Origin: Macrostomum lignano
Taxonomy: Eukaryota
NCBI GenBank assembly: GCA_002269645.1
Contig: NIVC01000661.1
Location: 268,724-332,723 of the forward strand
Direction of reading: 5' to 3'
DNA: 64,000 nt
Positions 41,159 to 55,067 of this stretch are shown here, piece after piece (position 1 is the first letter of the stretch; the number at the start of each line of letters is the position of its first letter). Made by a program: the position numbers and the translations under genes. The notes beneath the pieces are model-generated. The model was given only the letters and a program-made list of their open reading frames with translations. It had not been told where the DNA came from and did no database searches.

Positions 41159-41944
41159 GGTTAGCGCTTGACAGGCAAGATCGCATCAGGCGGGCTCTTG
41201 CGCAGACTTATTTAAGAGCAGACTCACCGGGGGAGGAGATGGAGAGGGGAGGACAGACAGTGGCTGAGGCGGGATTGGACTGGCGGCGGCGGGCAGAGAA
41301 GAGGGAGAGCACCCAGTTGCCAAGCTTGACGCAAACTCTTTCACTTATTCTAGAAAATTAGAAGGAATTGTCCCCAGGAAGAAAAATGGCTGGGTCTCAG
41401 ATACTATCACAGAATTCCCAAGACCTGCTGTCAACCGTATCAATCATCAATTTTTAATCTCAACTCCGAGCCCCTCTAAGTGCTCACTCAACAGTGCGGC
41501 GGACAGAAAGTGCAAGTCTGCGGCATGCTGGAAGACCCCCTGGAGCAGCGAGCCGGCAATATAAACAGTGAGAGCTCACTGGATGGATGGGGGCACCTAT
41601 GCGGAGATTATAAAAGAAAACTTTTAACACGGCTGGCCCAGCATGGCTGCAACCTGAGCCCACATTTCCTGTGTTGACTCATGGAAGAACTTGGGAGCTG
41701 CATTTGGTGGCTAAGGGGGGTGGGGCGGCAACACAAACACCTGCCAGTGAGGTACCTATATAAATAAGCAGGCGCATTCAAATGTCTGCGAGAGTTCAGC
41801 TATTAAACCAGAATTTGCAGTTGGTTGAGTGCGGTTTAATATGGCCTTTTTCACCTATTGGCTAAATACACTTGCTTGAAGATTTTTATTGCAATTCAAT
41901 TTAAGGAAAAGCTGACAAGCAGAGGCGAAAAGAACTAAGGGAGG

Positions 41945-42185
41945 GTATGAGATGCAGGGAGAGGGATGCAGAGAGAGATAGATTCAGAGACAGATGCAAG
42001 GAGAGAGATACAGGGAGATGCACGGAGAGAGATACACGGGTGAGAGATGCAAGGATGGAGATACAGCTGGGAGGGTATGAGATGCAGGGAGAGAGATGCA
42101 GCTGGGAGGGTATGAGATGCAGGGAGAGAGATGCAGCTGGGAGGGTATGAGATGCAGGGAGAGAGATGCAGGTGAGATGCAGGGT
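41945..42185. repeat. GAGATGCAG-rich low-complexity repeat
   Basis: gggagggtatgagatgcagggagagagatgcagct units. Confidence 0.75.
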
Positions 42186-43033
42186 AAACTTCATAATAGA
42201 ACAGAGAAATCGATCTAGCGCGTTTGTATGCGATAAAAAAAGTGGCTTGCGAATCTCGTACACTGCACAGTTACATGTAAGCCTAAACAGTGCATTAATC
42301 GATTTTTATCGGCAGGCAAGTAGAAGCCCACTACATACAGTACTGCAAGTGTTACATGACAGAATAATCAAACGGAATAATGATTGGGAGATAAGAATTT
42401 GGGAATGAACACGGGAATGACTCATGGATTGCTTCTTCAGAGAGTGTAAGCGGTCACCCAGGACTGACGCGGCGAGGTCAGAGAAAGTGGAAGTACAAGC
42501 TGCTAAGCACCGAGACACCTTTGTGGCCAACACTGCACATGGCCAACAAGCTCACAACCTTTTGTCCCTTGAAGTCACCCAGCTTTATAATCTACTGATT
42601 TCCAAATTGCACAGAAGACCTAATATACTGGATAATATACTGGGCCACCTGCACCCTAAAAAAGAGGTGCCCACAAAGGCAAATATTGTTCAAAGGCCTG
42701 GAACCCTCTCGGCGTGCCCACAATAATTTGATGATTGATGAGCGCTTGGTGATTACAGAACAGGCGGGCGGAGAAGATTTTACGATAGACTAGCAGCTCA
42801 TTAATTTTGAGGGGCATGGATGGACTGGTTGCACTGGCACCATCTGCATCAGCTCTGCTTTTAATAAGCTTAATGGAGATTCAACGTCTGAGAAGATTGT
42901 CAGCTAATCTGGTCTGCATTTTAAGTTCAGCCCAAGGGATTGACAAGCATTTTAGCGCAATGAATTGAAAGTGCAGTCAGTATCCAGTTAGAGTTGTGCA
43001 TTTTAAGTCCTCTGATAGTTTCATCAATCCATG

Positions 43034-46000
43034 TGTTGTATATTAACAGAGAAGACACAGAGTATGCCCCCAAGCCCAATGTTTTGTTGTCTAAGGCACA
43101 ACCTATTATTTTATAATAAAGTACGAGCTAGTTACAACATGAATCCCAAGAGGAGTTCGTAACTACCGGAGCAATACGATAGCTCGAACCCCTAAGCGAA
43201 CCGTTGTCTTCTTACTTAAATGTAGCAGCTCCACGTCGGAGTAGAAGACATAACAATGGCGACGAGTACAAAAATCGGCGAGTTTGACGTGGCTAAACCG
43301 GATAAATGGGAAGCCTACGAAGAGCGGCTAGAACAATTTCTCGTCGTGAATAAAGTGACCGAGGAGGCACAAAAGCGAGCGAGCTTGATCACAGTGATAG
43401 GCAATGACTGTTATCAATTGCTACGCAACCTGCTATCGCCTAAGAAGCCAAAGGATGTGGCGTACGACGAACAAGTGAAGACGCTGAGGGAACACTTCAA
43501 CCCAAAGCCGAAGATTGTCGTCGAGCGGTACAACTTCCACAGCAGAGTCCAACACGAAGGAGAAACAGTGAGTGACTTTGTTGCAAGTCTGCGGAGGTTG
43601 GCAGCCACGTGTGGTTTTGACAAGTTCCTGGAGGAGGCACTGAGAGACAGGTTCGTCGTTGGCCTCAGGAACAGGCTCATCCAGCAGCGATTGCTACAAG
43701 AAGAGACACTGACCCTGTCGGGTGCATTAACGCTAGCGACTGCGATAGAAGCAGCAGAGCGAGGAGTCGTGACTATCACCTCCGCCACAGGAGTCGGTCA
43801 TAGTGTCAATTTCTCGAAGGAAACTAACAAGCAATCAACTGCAGCTCAACATGGGAAAAGGAGCCGCGCCCAAGATGGATGTTTCCGCTGTAACGCGAAG
43901 GATCATTGGGCAAGGAGCTGTCCATATAGGAATAAAACGTGCAGCAAATGCGGCCGAGTAGGACATCTTAGAGATGCATGCCGTACAAAGGACAAGGCAA
44001 AAGAGTCTGGAAGTGGCAGGTCGAAGCGATTCAACTCTTCAAAACGTGGGAAGTCCGGTAAGGTGCATTACGCGCGGAATTTCGACAGTGAGTCAGAAAG
44101 TGAGGTTTCGGACTGCAGTGGTCGAGACAAGCGTTCCGAGATCAGGACTGTGTTTGCTACAGGAATGGCTGGCTTTAGTGGACCAGCACCGTACATGTGC
44201 GAGTTAAATATAAATGGGCATTTTGTAAATTTCCAACTGGATACTGGCGCAGACAAGACCCTTATTAACGAAAATACTGGCAAGAAAATTGGCTTAAGCT
44301 GGTCTAAATCTAATGTTAGACTGTCAAGTTACACAGATCATCTCATACCAGTTCTGGGCGAAGCTACTGTTACCGTAACTAACTATCAGGAAAGACAGTA
44401 TCAACTGACTGCGCTTGTTGTGAAGGGAGACAGAGTGAATCTTCTAGGTCGGGACTGGCTCTCTTCGTTGAAAACTGACTGGAGCAAGTTTGCCCATGTG
44501 AAAACAACAACGTTGGTTCCACCTATCGAGCGGTTAATGAAGAAGTATGATCAAGTGTTTGCTGAAAGCCTTGGCACTATCAAAGGGTTAAAGGCCAGAA
44601 TACTGTTGAAAGAAAACTTCATTCCAAAGTTTTGTAAGAGTCGACCGGTGCCATTTGCGATCAAAAGCCTCATTGAAGAGGAGCTGGCGAATTTGCAAGC
44701 TCAAGGCATAATAAAAAAAGTGAGCGCATCAGACTTTGCATCTCCGATTGTCCCAGTTTTGAAGCGCGATGGAAAATCCGTAAGGATTTGCGCTGATTTT
44801 AAGAGAACCGTTAATCCCCAATTGGAAGTTGACAAGTACCCTCTGCCGAGACCGGAAGAAATTTTCGCAACTTTGAATGGTGAAAGAGTCTTCTCAAAAT
44901 TGGATATTTCGCAAGCGTTTTTACAACTGGAACTGGAGGATTCGTGCAAAAAGTTTGCTACAATTAACACACATCTGGGTTTGTTCCAATACGAGCGACT
45001 AACAATGGGTCTGGCATCAGCCCCTGCACAATTTCAAGAAGCGATGGAGAAAATTTTACAAGGCTTGGAAGTGGTTGTCTATATAGACGACATTCTTGTA
45101 CCCGGCAGTTGTTTGGAAGACCATGACAAAAGATTGGAAGCTGTATTAGAACGTCTTTTAGCTCACGGTGTGCATTTGAATAGGAAAAAGTGTGAATTCC
45201 GCCTAAATAGAATTGAATTCTTGGGCTACGTTATCGATGAATCGGGAATCCATCCCTCGAAAGAGAAAGTTCAGGCATTTCATGAAGCGCCAACACCAAC
45301 TAACGTGTCAGAGGTTCGTTCCTTGATAGGAATGATCAGCTATTGTGGAAAGTTTATTCCAAACCTATCATCAATACTGGTACCTCTCAACAGACTGTTG
45401 CACAAAGACGCAGAGTTTCATTGGAGTGAGGCGTGTTCGGCAGCATTCGAGAAAGTGAAGTCAACTCTAACTTCTGAGCGTGTTCTGGCTCATTTTGATC
45501 CTAAGAAGCAGCTTGTATTGCAAACGGACGCCTCCAAATATGTAATCGGGTGTGTCATCTCACATTTGATGCCCAATGGCGAGGAAAGGCCTGTAGCATT
45601 TGCTTCGAGAACTCTAACAAAACCTGAGATCAACTACTCTCAACTAGAGAAAGAAGCGCTGGCCATCGTATTCGGAGTTAAAAGATTTCACCAATATCTT
45701 TTTGGACATCATTTTATACTAGTGACTGACCATAAACCCCTACTGACCATTTTTGGAGATAAGAAGGACATTCCTAGCATAGCAGCAAGCAGACTTCAGC
45801 GCTGGGCCGTGTTGCTTTCTGCCCATCAGTATACCATCAAATTCAGAAGAACAGAGGATCATTCGAATGCTGACGCACTTTCACGTCTCCCAGTGCCTGG
45901 TAATATCAGCAAGGTTGATCGTGTCTTGGAGGTCAGGCTAGAAATGCTACCAGTGAAGAAACAATACGAATCGAGACACAGAAAGATTCACAGCTTCAGA

Positions 46001-47589
46001 GAGTTGTTCGATACTGTCAAAATGGTTGGCCAGACACCTGTGAGCAAGAGCTGGAACAGTACTTCAGGAAGCGGAACGAGTTTTGCATTGAGCAAGGTGT
46101 GCTATTTTGGGGAGTAAGAGTAATTATTCCAAGAAGCTTACAACAGGTTGTGTTAGAACTGCTTCATGATGGACATCCAGGAATTGTTGCAATGAAATCC
46201 ATAGCTAGACTGCATGTATGGTTCCCAGGAATCGACAAGGCTATAGAAGCCCTAGTCCATAGTTGTGAAGGCTGTCAGCTGCAAAGGAATTTGCCTGCAC
46301 AAGCACCAGTTCAGCCTCTTGTCTGGCCAGAAAGGCCTTGGACTCGAATTCAACTGGACTACATGGGACCATTTCATGGATACTACTGGCTTGTTATAGT
46401 CGATGCAACAAGTAAATGGGTTGAGATCTTTCCCATGAAGCACGCAACTACCAACAGGACGATAGAATGTCTACGAGAAACTTTCGCACGATTTGGCATC
46501 CCACAGCAAGTGTTGAGTGACAATGGAAGCCAGTTCTGCTCAGCTGAGTTCCGTACTTTCCTAGAGCGGAATAACATCCGACAGATTTTGACAGCTGTTG
46601 GACATCCGCGTACCAACGGACTTAGTGAAAGAATGGTGCAAACAGCAAAGTCTGCTATTAAAGCAGGAATTAAGACTCACGGTGATCCAATCTTGAGCAT
46701 GCAGAACTTTCTGTTTCGCTATCGCAGTACACCTCATTCAACAACCGGTAGAACACCAGCAGAGATGATGCTATGCTACAGTCGCAGGACACGGTTGGAT
46801 TTTCTTAAGCCGGATGCTTACTCAAGAGTGTTGAACAAGCAGACGGATGTCACTGAACGACAAATAGAGAGAGGATCAACTATTCGAGAATTTCAAGAAG
46901 GAGACTCAGTTCTGACGTTGGACTTCAGAAGGGAGCGAGAGAATAGGTGGATTTCTGCCAAGGTGATCGCCCGCACAGGACCGCTGTCCTATAGACTGTT
47001 GGTCAACGGACAAGTCTGGAAGCGACACGTCGACCAAATTGTCAGTGCAGAATTACCTGGACAGAACAAGCCGGAGGCTCATCACCTACCGCCTATTCTG
47101 AAGGATCCTAGGAGAGTTCAGAGCGACAAAACTACCACCGAGAAAGAGCGGCGAGAGAGTGAATCAACTCAACCGGTCCAAGACGTGCCAAGCCGAGGAG
47201 AATCTCAGACAGCGGACACAGACCAGGATGACGCTGACCCTGGAGCAGAAGGCGTGGGCACAAGGATACTGAGGGATCGAAGCAAATTGAGAAAACCGGA
47301 TCGGTTGCATTACAGTGAATAATTCCGGATAACTGACGATGCAACTTTTTATTGACAAAAGGGGGAATGTTGTATATTAACAGAGAAGACACAGAGTATG
47401 CCCCCAAGCCCAATGTTTTGTTGTCTAAGGCACAACCTATTATTTTATAATAAAGTACGAGCTAGTTACAACATGAATCCCAAGAGGAGTTCGTAACTAC
47501 CGGAGCAATACGATAGCTCGAACCCCTAAGCGAACCGTTGTCTTCTTACTTAAATGTAGCAGCTCCACGTCGGAGTAGAAGACATAACA
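43034..47589 (+). mobile_element. Full-length Ty3/Gypsy (Mag-like) LTR retrotransposon, 4,556 bp
   Basis: 222-bp LTRs at 43034-43255 and 47368-47589 (TGTT...AACA), identical by eye. TSD CCATG at 43029-43033 and 47590-47594. PBS TGGCGACGAG at 43257-43266. PPT aaaagggggaa at 47357-47367. Confidence 0.97.
43256..47322 (+). CDS. gag-pol polyprotein with one frameshift near 45952 (Gag-2xCCHC, PR, RT, RNase H, then integrase in the -1 frame)
   Basis: CFRCNAKDHWARSC, CSKCGRVGHLRDAC, LDTGAD, VYIDDIL, TDAS...EKEALA. The second frame from about 45952 reads SEETIRIETQKD...HDGHPG...CEGC, LDYMGP, SDNGSQF, NGLSER. Domain order PR-RT-RH-IN is the Ty3/Gypsy order. Confidence 0.93.
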
Positions 47590-47602
47590 CCATGTCTATC
47601 TT

Positions 47603-48498
47603 TTGAATTGTGTCAGTGGAGCAGAACCCGATGCTTGAATTGTGTCAGTGGAGCAGAACCCGATGCTTGAATTGTGTCAGTGGAGCAGAACCCGATGCTT
47701 GAATTGTGTCAGTGGAGCAGAACCCGATGCTTGAATTGTGTCAGTGGAGCAGAACCCGATGCTTGAATTGTGTCAGTGGAGCAGAACCCGATGCTTGAAT
47801 TGTGTCAGTGGAGCAGAACCCAAGGCTTGAATTGTGTCAGTGGAGCAGAACCCAAGGCTTGAATTGTGTCAGTGGAGCAGAACCTGATGCTTGAATTGTG
47901 TCAGTGGAGCAGAACCTGATGCTTGAATTGTGTCAGTGGAGCAGAACCCGATGCTTGAATTGTGTCAGTGGAGCAGAACCCAAGGCTTGAATTGTGTCAG
48001 TGGAGCAGAACCCAAGGCTTGAATTGTGTCAGTGGAGCAGAACCCAATGCTTGAATTGTGTCAGTGGAGCAGAACCTGATGCTTGAATTGTGTCAGTGGA
48101 GCAGAACCCGATGCTTGAATTGTGTCAGTGGAGCAGAACCTGATGCTTGAATTGTGTCAGTGGAGCAGAACCCGATGCTTGAATTGTGTCAGTGGAGCAG
48201 AACCCAATCCTTGAATTGTGTCAGTGGAGCAGAACCCAAGGCTTGAATTGTGTCAGTGGAGCAGAACCTGATGCTTGAATTGTGTCAGTGGAGCAGAACC
48301 CAAGGCTTGAATTGTGTCAGTGGAGCAGAACCCAATGCTTGAATTGTGTCAGTGGAGCAGAACCCAAGGCTTGAATTGTGTCAGTGGAGCAGAACCAGAT
48401 GCTTGAATTGTGTCAGTGGAGCAGAACCCAATGCTTGAATTGTGTCAGTGGAGCAGAACCCAATGCTTGAATTGTGTCAGTGGAGCAGAACCCGATGC
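47603..48498. repeat. 32-bp minisatellite x28 (ttgaattgtgtcagtggagcagaacccgatgc)
   Basis: 896 bp equals 28 units; variation is confined to a few recurring alleles in the last ~7 nt. Confidence 0.95.
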
Positions 48499-48974
48499 CT
48501 GAATTCCTGGGCGTGGCACTAACAGCCCTAAATGAAGAAGATGCACACAAGCTTCAATTAACCCGGCACCTTCACTCCAGGGCGCTGACTGCAAAGTAAG
48601 AATTAGGAAGCAACGCCTCATGCCTAGCAATTAGAGCACTTCCCCTCTGTAATAACGCAAGCAGAGTGGGTTGAGCACAGGCAATTCCGCTAATGAGAAG
48701 CTTTAGAGGAGGACAGCACTCGGCAACACATTCGATTGAAAAGAGCTGATAATCAGTTTTAAGGAGTTTTCAAGTTCTGAATCTTTTTTCTGTTGACACA
48801 AAATTCGAATAGGGACCATCGGCAGCGGGCTCCAGCTCAGTTTATTTAAAAAATCAGACATTAATAATGTACAAAATATTTACACTAACATAGCATACAT
48901 TGATTTTCTAAATGCCAAAAATACTTATTAGATAATGGGGTTGCCAAATAGAGCAAGTGATATGTTGCTGACGA

Positions 48975-49660
48975 AAACTCAGCCACAATCCGCACTCACT
49001 CAGCCACAATCCGCACTCACTCAGCCACAATCCGCACTCACTCAGCCACAATCCGCACTCACTCAGCCACAATCCGCACTCACTCAGCCACAATCCGCAC
49101 TCACTCAGCCACAATCCGCACTCACTCAGCCACAATCCGCACTCACTCAGCCACAATCCGCACTCACTCAGCCACAATCCGCACTCACTCAGCCACAATC
49201 CAAACTCACTCAGCCACAATCCAAACTCACTCAGCCACAATCCAAACTCACTCAGCCACAATCCAAACTCACTCAGCCACAATCCGCACGCACTCAGCCA
49301 CAATCCGCACTCACTCAGCCACAATCCAAACTCACTCAGCCACAATCCAAACTCACTCAGCCACAATCCAAACTCACTCAGCCACAATCCACACGCACTC
49401 AGCCACAATCCGCACTCACTCAGCCACAATCCGCACGCACTCAGCCACAATCCGCACGCACTCAGCCACAATCCGCACGCACTCAGCCACAATCCGCACG
49501 CACTCAGCCACAATCCGCACTCACTCAGCCACAATCCAAACTCACTCAGCCACAATCCAAACTCACTCAGCCACAATCCGCACGCACTCAGCCACAATCC
49601 GCACTCACTCAGCCACAATCCGCACGCACTCAGCCACAATCCGCACTCACTCAGCCACAA
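48975..49660. repeat. 21-bp minisatellite (ctcagccacaatccgcactca) just downstream of the ERCC8 stop
   Basis: About 33 units; minus-strand AATAAA at 48841-48846. Confidence 0.93.
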
Positions 49661-49684
49661 CCCACAAGAGAAGCATCCGCAGTC

Positions 49685-50134
49685 TCACGCCCCGTCGCCC
49701 TCAGAGTCGCTCTGCTCAGACCAATTATCCCAATCATTAGCTGTTCTCGAATAAAAACTCTGCCTAGTTGATCCAGCGTCCGGTCTCTGAGCAGTCTCAG
49801 CCTCATCAAAAGCCGCCATCAAGGAGGCAGGTTGCCACAGCAGCAGATTGCGGTCCAGACCGATGGTGTAAAGCTCCTGTGACCACGGATTCACCGCGCA
49901 GGCTGTCACCTGCAAATTTGAAGGCAAAGTTCACGATAAGACCAAAGTAATTGAAATATGGAAAATAAATCAAAGTGGCGGCGCCAGAGTGACAACCATA
50001 ATGCATAATTAGAGCTGTATATGAGTATGTACGAGCCTAAATTTTACTACAGACAGTTTAGGTTACGGGTAGGGTTAGGGTAAGTTTAGGGTAGGGTTGT
50101 AGGAATTAGATAGATAGATAATAGATAATAGATT

Positions 50135-50185
<51 letters not shown>

Positions 50186-50249
50186 TGATAGATAGATAGA
50201 TAGATAGATTGATAGATAGATAGATAGATAGACAGATAGATGGATAGAC

Positions 50250-50333
<84 letters not shown>

Positions 50334-53300
50334 GGATAGATAGATAGATAAATAGACAGATAGACAGATAGGGTACGATTATGTTTAAGGTTAGGGTAAA
50401 AGTCGGCAGTCAATTCGTAGCAGTCAGTTTGTTGGCAGACAGATAGCTGATAATCTAATCTTGTCGTACTAACCGCGACCAACACTGCTTAACTTGCAGG
50501 AACAAAAATACAATAACTACGAAGCGTGAAAAAGCTCAACGATAAACGCGTCTGACTCTCGCAAGGACCAACTCCCAAGACACAGAGAGTGTACCTGTCA
50601 TGGTGACGATTTGAAAGTCAGGGCCTCTGTACACCCCGTGAGAGCGTGTGCATGAGTGCTGTGCCTGCGTACAGGGCCAGAGACGATGTGGCCAAATGCA
50701 TTTTGCGCCTGGGTGCCCCACAGACCTCAGTTGTAACTATTAGTATCGTGCCGGCAGATGTACCGTAGGTTAAGTGCTCCCACCCGGACAAAAAAGTCGT
50801 GGAACCGCAGCCAAAGATCAGACAGAGTCTGCGGCCACGCCAGGAGACCTGATGATGCAGACACAAAAAGTCACGTCAGGCACTCAGACACTTCCGAGGC
50901 CTTGGAAAATATCCAACTAAAAATGTTCTTTTTTTCTAGTGGCGGCTGAGTCCCGGATGCTTAAGTACAGATCACCTATGGAGAACATGTTCTCGCTTTA
51001 AATAGAAAAACAGAAGCTGAATTTTCAGACGCAATGTTCTTTAGAAGCAAAATATAAAAAAATGCCGAACAAGGCTTTACTGGCACGCCCCAAACTTCAG
51101 GCTCATTAGGGAGCTCAATTCCACAAGCTAGGGTTCATTTATACTCTTCTAAACGATCCCCATTACTGAAATCCCATTCTAAATGATCCCCAACACTGAA
51201 ATCCCATTCTAAATGATCCCCAGCACTGAAATCCCATTCTAAATGATCCCCAGCACTGAAATCCCATTCTAAATGATCCCCAGCACTGAAATCCCATTCT
51301 AAATGATCCCCAGCACTGAAATCCCATTCTAAATGATCCCCAACACTGAAATCCCATTCTAAATGATCCCCAGCACTGAAATCCCATTCTAAATGATCCC
51401 CAGCACTGAAATCCCATTCTAAATGATCCCCAACACTGAAATCCTCTAAATGATCCCCAGCACTGAAATCCAATTCTAAATGATCCCCAACACTGAAATC
51501 CCATTCTAAATGATTCCCAGCACTGAAATCCCATTCTAAATGATCCCCAGCACAGAAATCCCATTCTAAATGATCCCCAGCACTGAAATCCCATTCTAAA
51601 TGATCTCCAGCACTGAAATCCCATTCTAAATGAATCCAAACACTGAAATCCCATTCTAAATTATTCCCAGCACTGAAATCCCATTCTAAATGAATCCAAA
51701 CACTGAAATCCCATTCTAAATGATCCCCAGCACTGAAATCCCATTCTAAATGATCCCCAGCACTGAAATCCCATTCTAAATGATCCCCAGCACTGAAATC
51801 CCATTCTAAATGATCCCCAGCACTGAAATCCCATTCTAAATGATCCCCAGCACTGAAATCCCATTCTAAATGAATCTAAACACTGAAATCCCATTCTAAA
51901 TGAATCCAAACACTGAAATCCCATTCTAAATTATTCCCAGCACTGAAATCCCATTCTAAATGAATCCAAACACTGAAATCCCATTCTAAATGATCCCCAG
52001 CACTGAAATCCCATTCTAAATGATCTCCAGCACTGAAATCCCATTCTAAATGATCCCCAGCACTGAAATCCCACTCTAAATTATTCCCAACACTGAAATC
52101 CCACTCTAAATTATTCCCAGCACTGAAATCCCATTCTAAATGAATCCAAACACTGAAATCCCATTCTAAATGATCCCCAGCACTGAAATCCCATTCTAAA
52201 TGATCTCCAGCACTGAAATCCCATTCTAAATGATCCCCAGCACTGAAATCCCACTCTAAATTATTCCCAACACTGAAATCCCACTCTAAATGATCCCCAG
52301 CACTGAAATCCCATTCTAAATGAATCTAAACACTGAAATCCCATTCTAAATGATCTCCAGCACTGAAATCCCATTCTAAATTATTCCCAACACTGAAATC
52401 CCACTCTAAATTATTCCCAGCACTGAAATCCCATTCTAAATTATTCCCAACACTGAAATCCGATTCTAAATTATTCCCAGCACTGAAATCCCATTCTAAA
52501 TGATCCCCAGCACTGAAATCCCAATCTAAATGATCCCCAGCACTGAAATCCCATTCTAAATGATCCCCAGCACTGAAATCCCATTCTAAATTATTCCCAA
52601 CACTGAAATCCGATTCTAAATTATTCCCAGCACTGAAATCCCACTCTAAATTATTCCCAGCACTGAAATCCCAATCTAAATTATTCCCAGCACTGAAATC
52701 CCAATCTAAATTATTCCCAGCACTGAAATCCCAATCTAAATTATTCACAGCACTGAAATCCCACTCTAAATTATTCCCAGCACTGAAATCCCACTCTAAA
52801 TTATTTCCAGCACTGAAATCCCATTTTAAATTATTCCCAGCACTGAAATCCCAAGCTAAATTATTCCCAGCACTGAAATCCCAATCTAAATTATTCACAG
52901 CACTGAAATCCCACTCTAAATTATTCCCAGCACTGAAATCCCACTCTAAATTATTCCCAGCACTGAAATCCCAATCTAAATTATTCCCAGCACTGAAATC
53001 CCAATCTAAATTATTCACAGCACTGAAATCCCACTCTAAATTATTCCCAGCACTGAAATCCCACTCTAAATTATTCCCAGCACTGAAATCCCACTCTAAA
53101 TTATTCCCAGCACTGAAATCCCACCCCCGGACGCACCTGATTGTAGTGCCCAACAAGGCTGCCCAGCCGGTCTCCCGAGGTCAAATCGGCCACCGCCACC
53201 GCGGCGTCGTCCGGCACAAAGGCGAACGCCGGACAAGTGTCCGAACTGATGGCCGTCTGCAGTCGACGCTGGGCCCGATTGCGGAACTGTCCAAAGTTGG

Positions 53301-55025
53301 CCGGCAAACAGCGGTAGCCCCCTCGGACAGAGCCGTCCACTCGGCCAGTGGACCACAGCCTGGCCCGGCCATCGGCTCCTACGGACAGAAGGTGCAGGCC
53401 GTCCGGACTGAACTCCAGGCTGGACACCGGGCCCGAGTGTCCGGTTGCCACTGCGGAGGCGTGGGAAACCGGTCTGTGAAATCTCACTGCAGCTCACCGT
53501 GTTCTCACCCTGATCCTCACGAATCTACCTGAAATCTCACCTTTATATTCATGAATCTACCTGCAATCTCACCCTGATACTCATGAATCTACCTGAAATC
53601 TCACCTTTATACTCATGAATCTACCTGCAATCTCACCCTGATACTCATGAATCTACCTGCAATCTCACCCTGATACTCATGAATCTACCTGCAATCTCAC
53701 CCTGATACTCATGAATCTACCTGCAATCTCACCCTGATACTCATGAATCTACCTGCAATCTCACCCTGATACTCATGAATCTACCTGAAATCTCACCCTG
53801 ATACTCATGAATCTACCTGCAATCTCACCCTGATACTCATGAATCTACCTGAAATCTCACCTTTATACTCATGAATCTACCTGCAATCTCACCCTGATAC
53901 TCATGAATCTACCTGCAATCTCACCCTGATACTCATGAATCTACCTGCAATCTCTCTCACCCTGATACTCATGAATCTACCTGCAATCTCACCCTGATAC
54001 TCATGAATCTACCTGCAATCTCTCTCACCCTGATACTCATGAATCTACCTGCAATCTCACCCTGATACTCATGAATCTACCTGCAATCTCTCTCACCCTG
54101 ATACTCATGAATCTATCTACCTGAATCTAAAAATACACATTGAACTGCTTTTGTAAAGAAATGTTTATAAATAATCAATGTTAAATATAAATTTCCCCGC
54201 GCTAATCTCATTGATTACCCTTAACTGCAGATTTAAATTGGATAAATCTCTCAAACAGATTAAGAAATCTTTCTCTAATCCAGGCAAAGGAGGGGCCATC
54301 CAAAATTCACAACAGCAAGCTCTTCAACACCAGAATGGTACCGACAGTCTGCATCCAAACGCAGTTTTTAAATCCTAAATTTTTATGCACCCGGATGAGC
54401 GCACGAGAGGCTCCGCCTTCAGATTTTGTGCAGTGGAAGCCTCTCTCACTGAATCTTAGCTTGTCCGAGTGTGACAGCCCCCCAGGGAGCTCAGGAATTT
54501 TAGGCTTTAGCATTTCCTAGTAAACTGGTTCTGCTGTGTTTTGCCCCCTGTCCCCGACTGCTCGCATAAATTCATGCATAGAGAAGGAGACAGTTGAACA
54601 TTATTTTTCTTCCAATTGACAGTTGAGTGAGCAATATAAAAGTGCACATTCAAATATTTATAGCAATGGTTATTAAGACTAAGCAATTATAAGTATCTTA
54701 AAAGGAACTTGTGGATGAGGGAAAGGGCGAGAGGAGAGGCAGAGGGGGGAGAGAGGGAGAAGGAGAGAGGAAAGCGAGGAAGAGGTAGAGAGGAAGGAGG
54801 GAGAGATAAAGGAGAGGTAGAGGAAGAGGGAGAGGGAGAGAGGGAGTGGAGGGAGGGAGAGGTAGAGGGAGAAGGAGAGGGAGAGGGAGAGAGAGAGGGA
54901 AAGAGGGAGGGAGAGGGAGAGAGAGAGAGAGATATAGAGAGGGATAGAGGAAGAGGGAGAGGGAGAGAGGGAGTGGAGGGAGGGAGAGGTAGAGGGAGGA
55001 GAGGGAGAGGAGAGAAAGAGGGAGA

Positions 55026-55067
<42 letters not shown>

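Noticed and set aside
45940-45970. Programmed -1 ribosomal frameshift in the Gypsy pol
   Set aside because: No X-XXY-YYZ slippery heptamer, and the position between RNase H and integrase is not a known recoding site; treated as a mutation or assembly indel.
47603-48498. CRISPR-like array (32-bp period, conserved block plus variable part)
   Set aside because: The variable part is only about 7 nt with a few recurring alleles, there are no unique spacers or cas genes, and the context is eukaryotic.
48935-49771. TQPQSAL-repeat ORF (278 aa, +)
   Set aside because: Antisense to the ERCC8 3' end and almost entirely repeat-derived.
53451-53487. Longer ERCC8 exon 5 starting at tttcacag (53474) or ctgcag (53487)
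   Set aside because: The first is out of phase with exon 4. The acceptor at 53451 has a better pyrimidine tract and gives spacing closest to human CSA.
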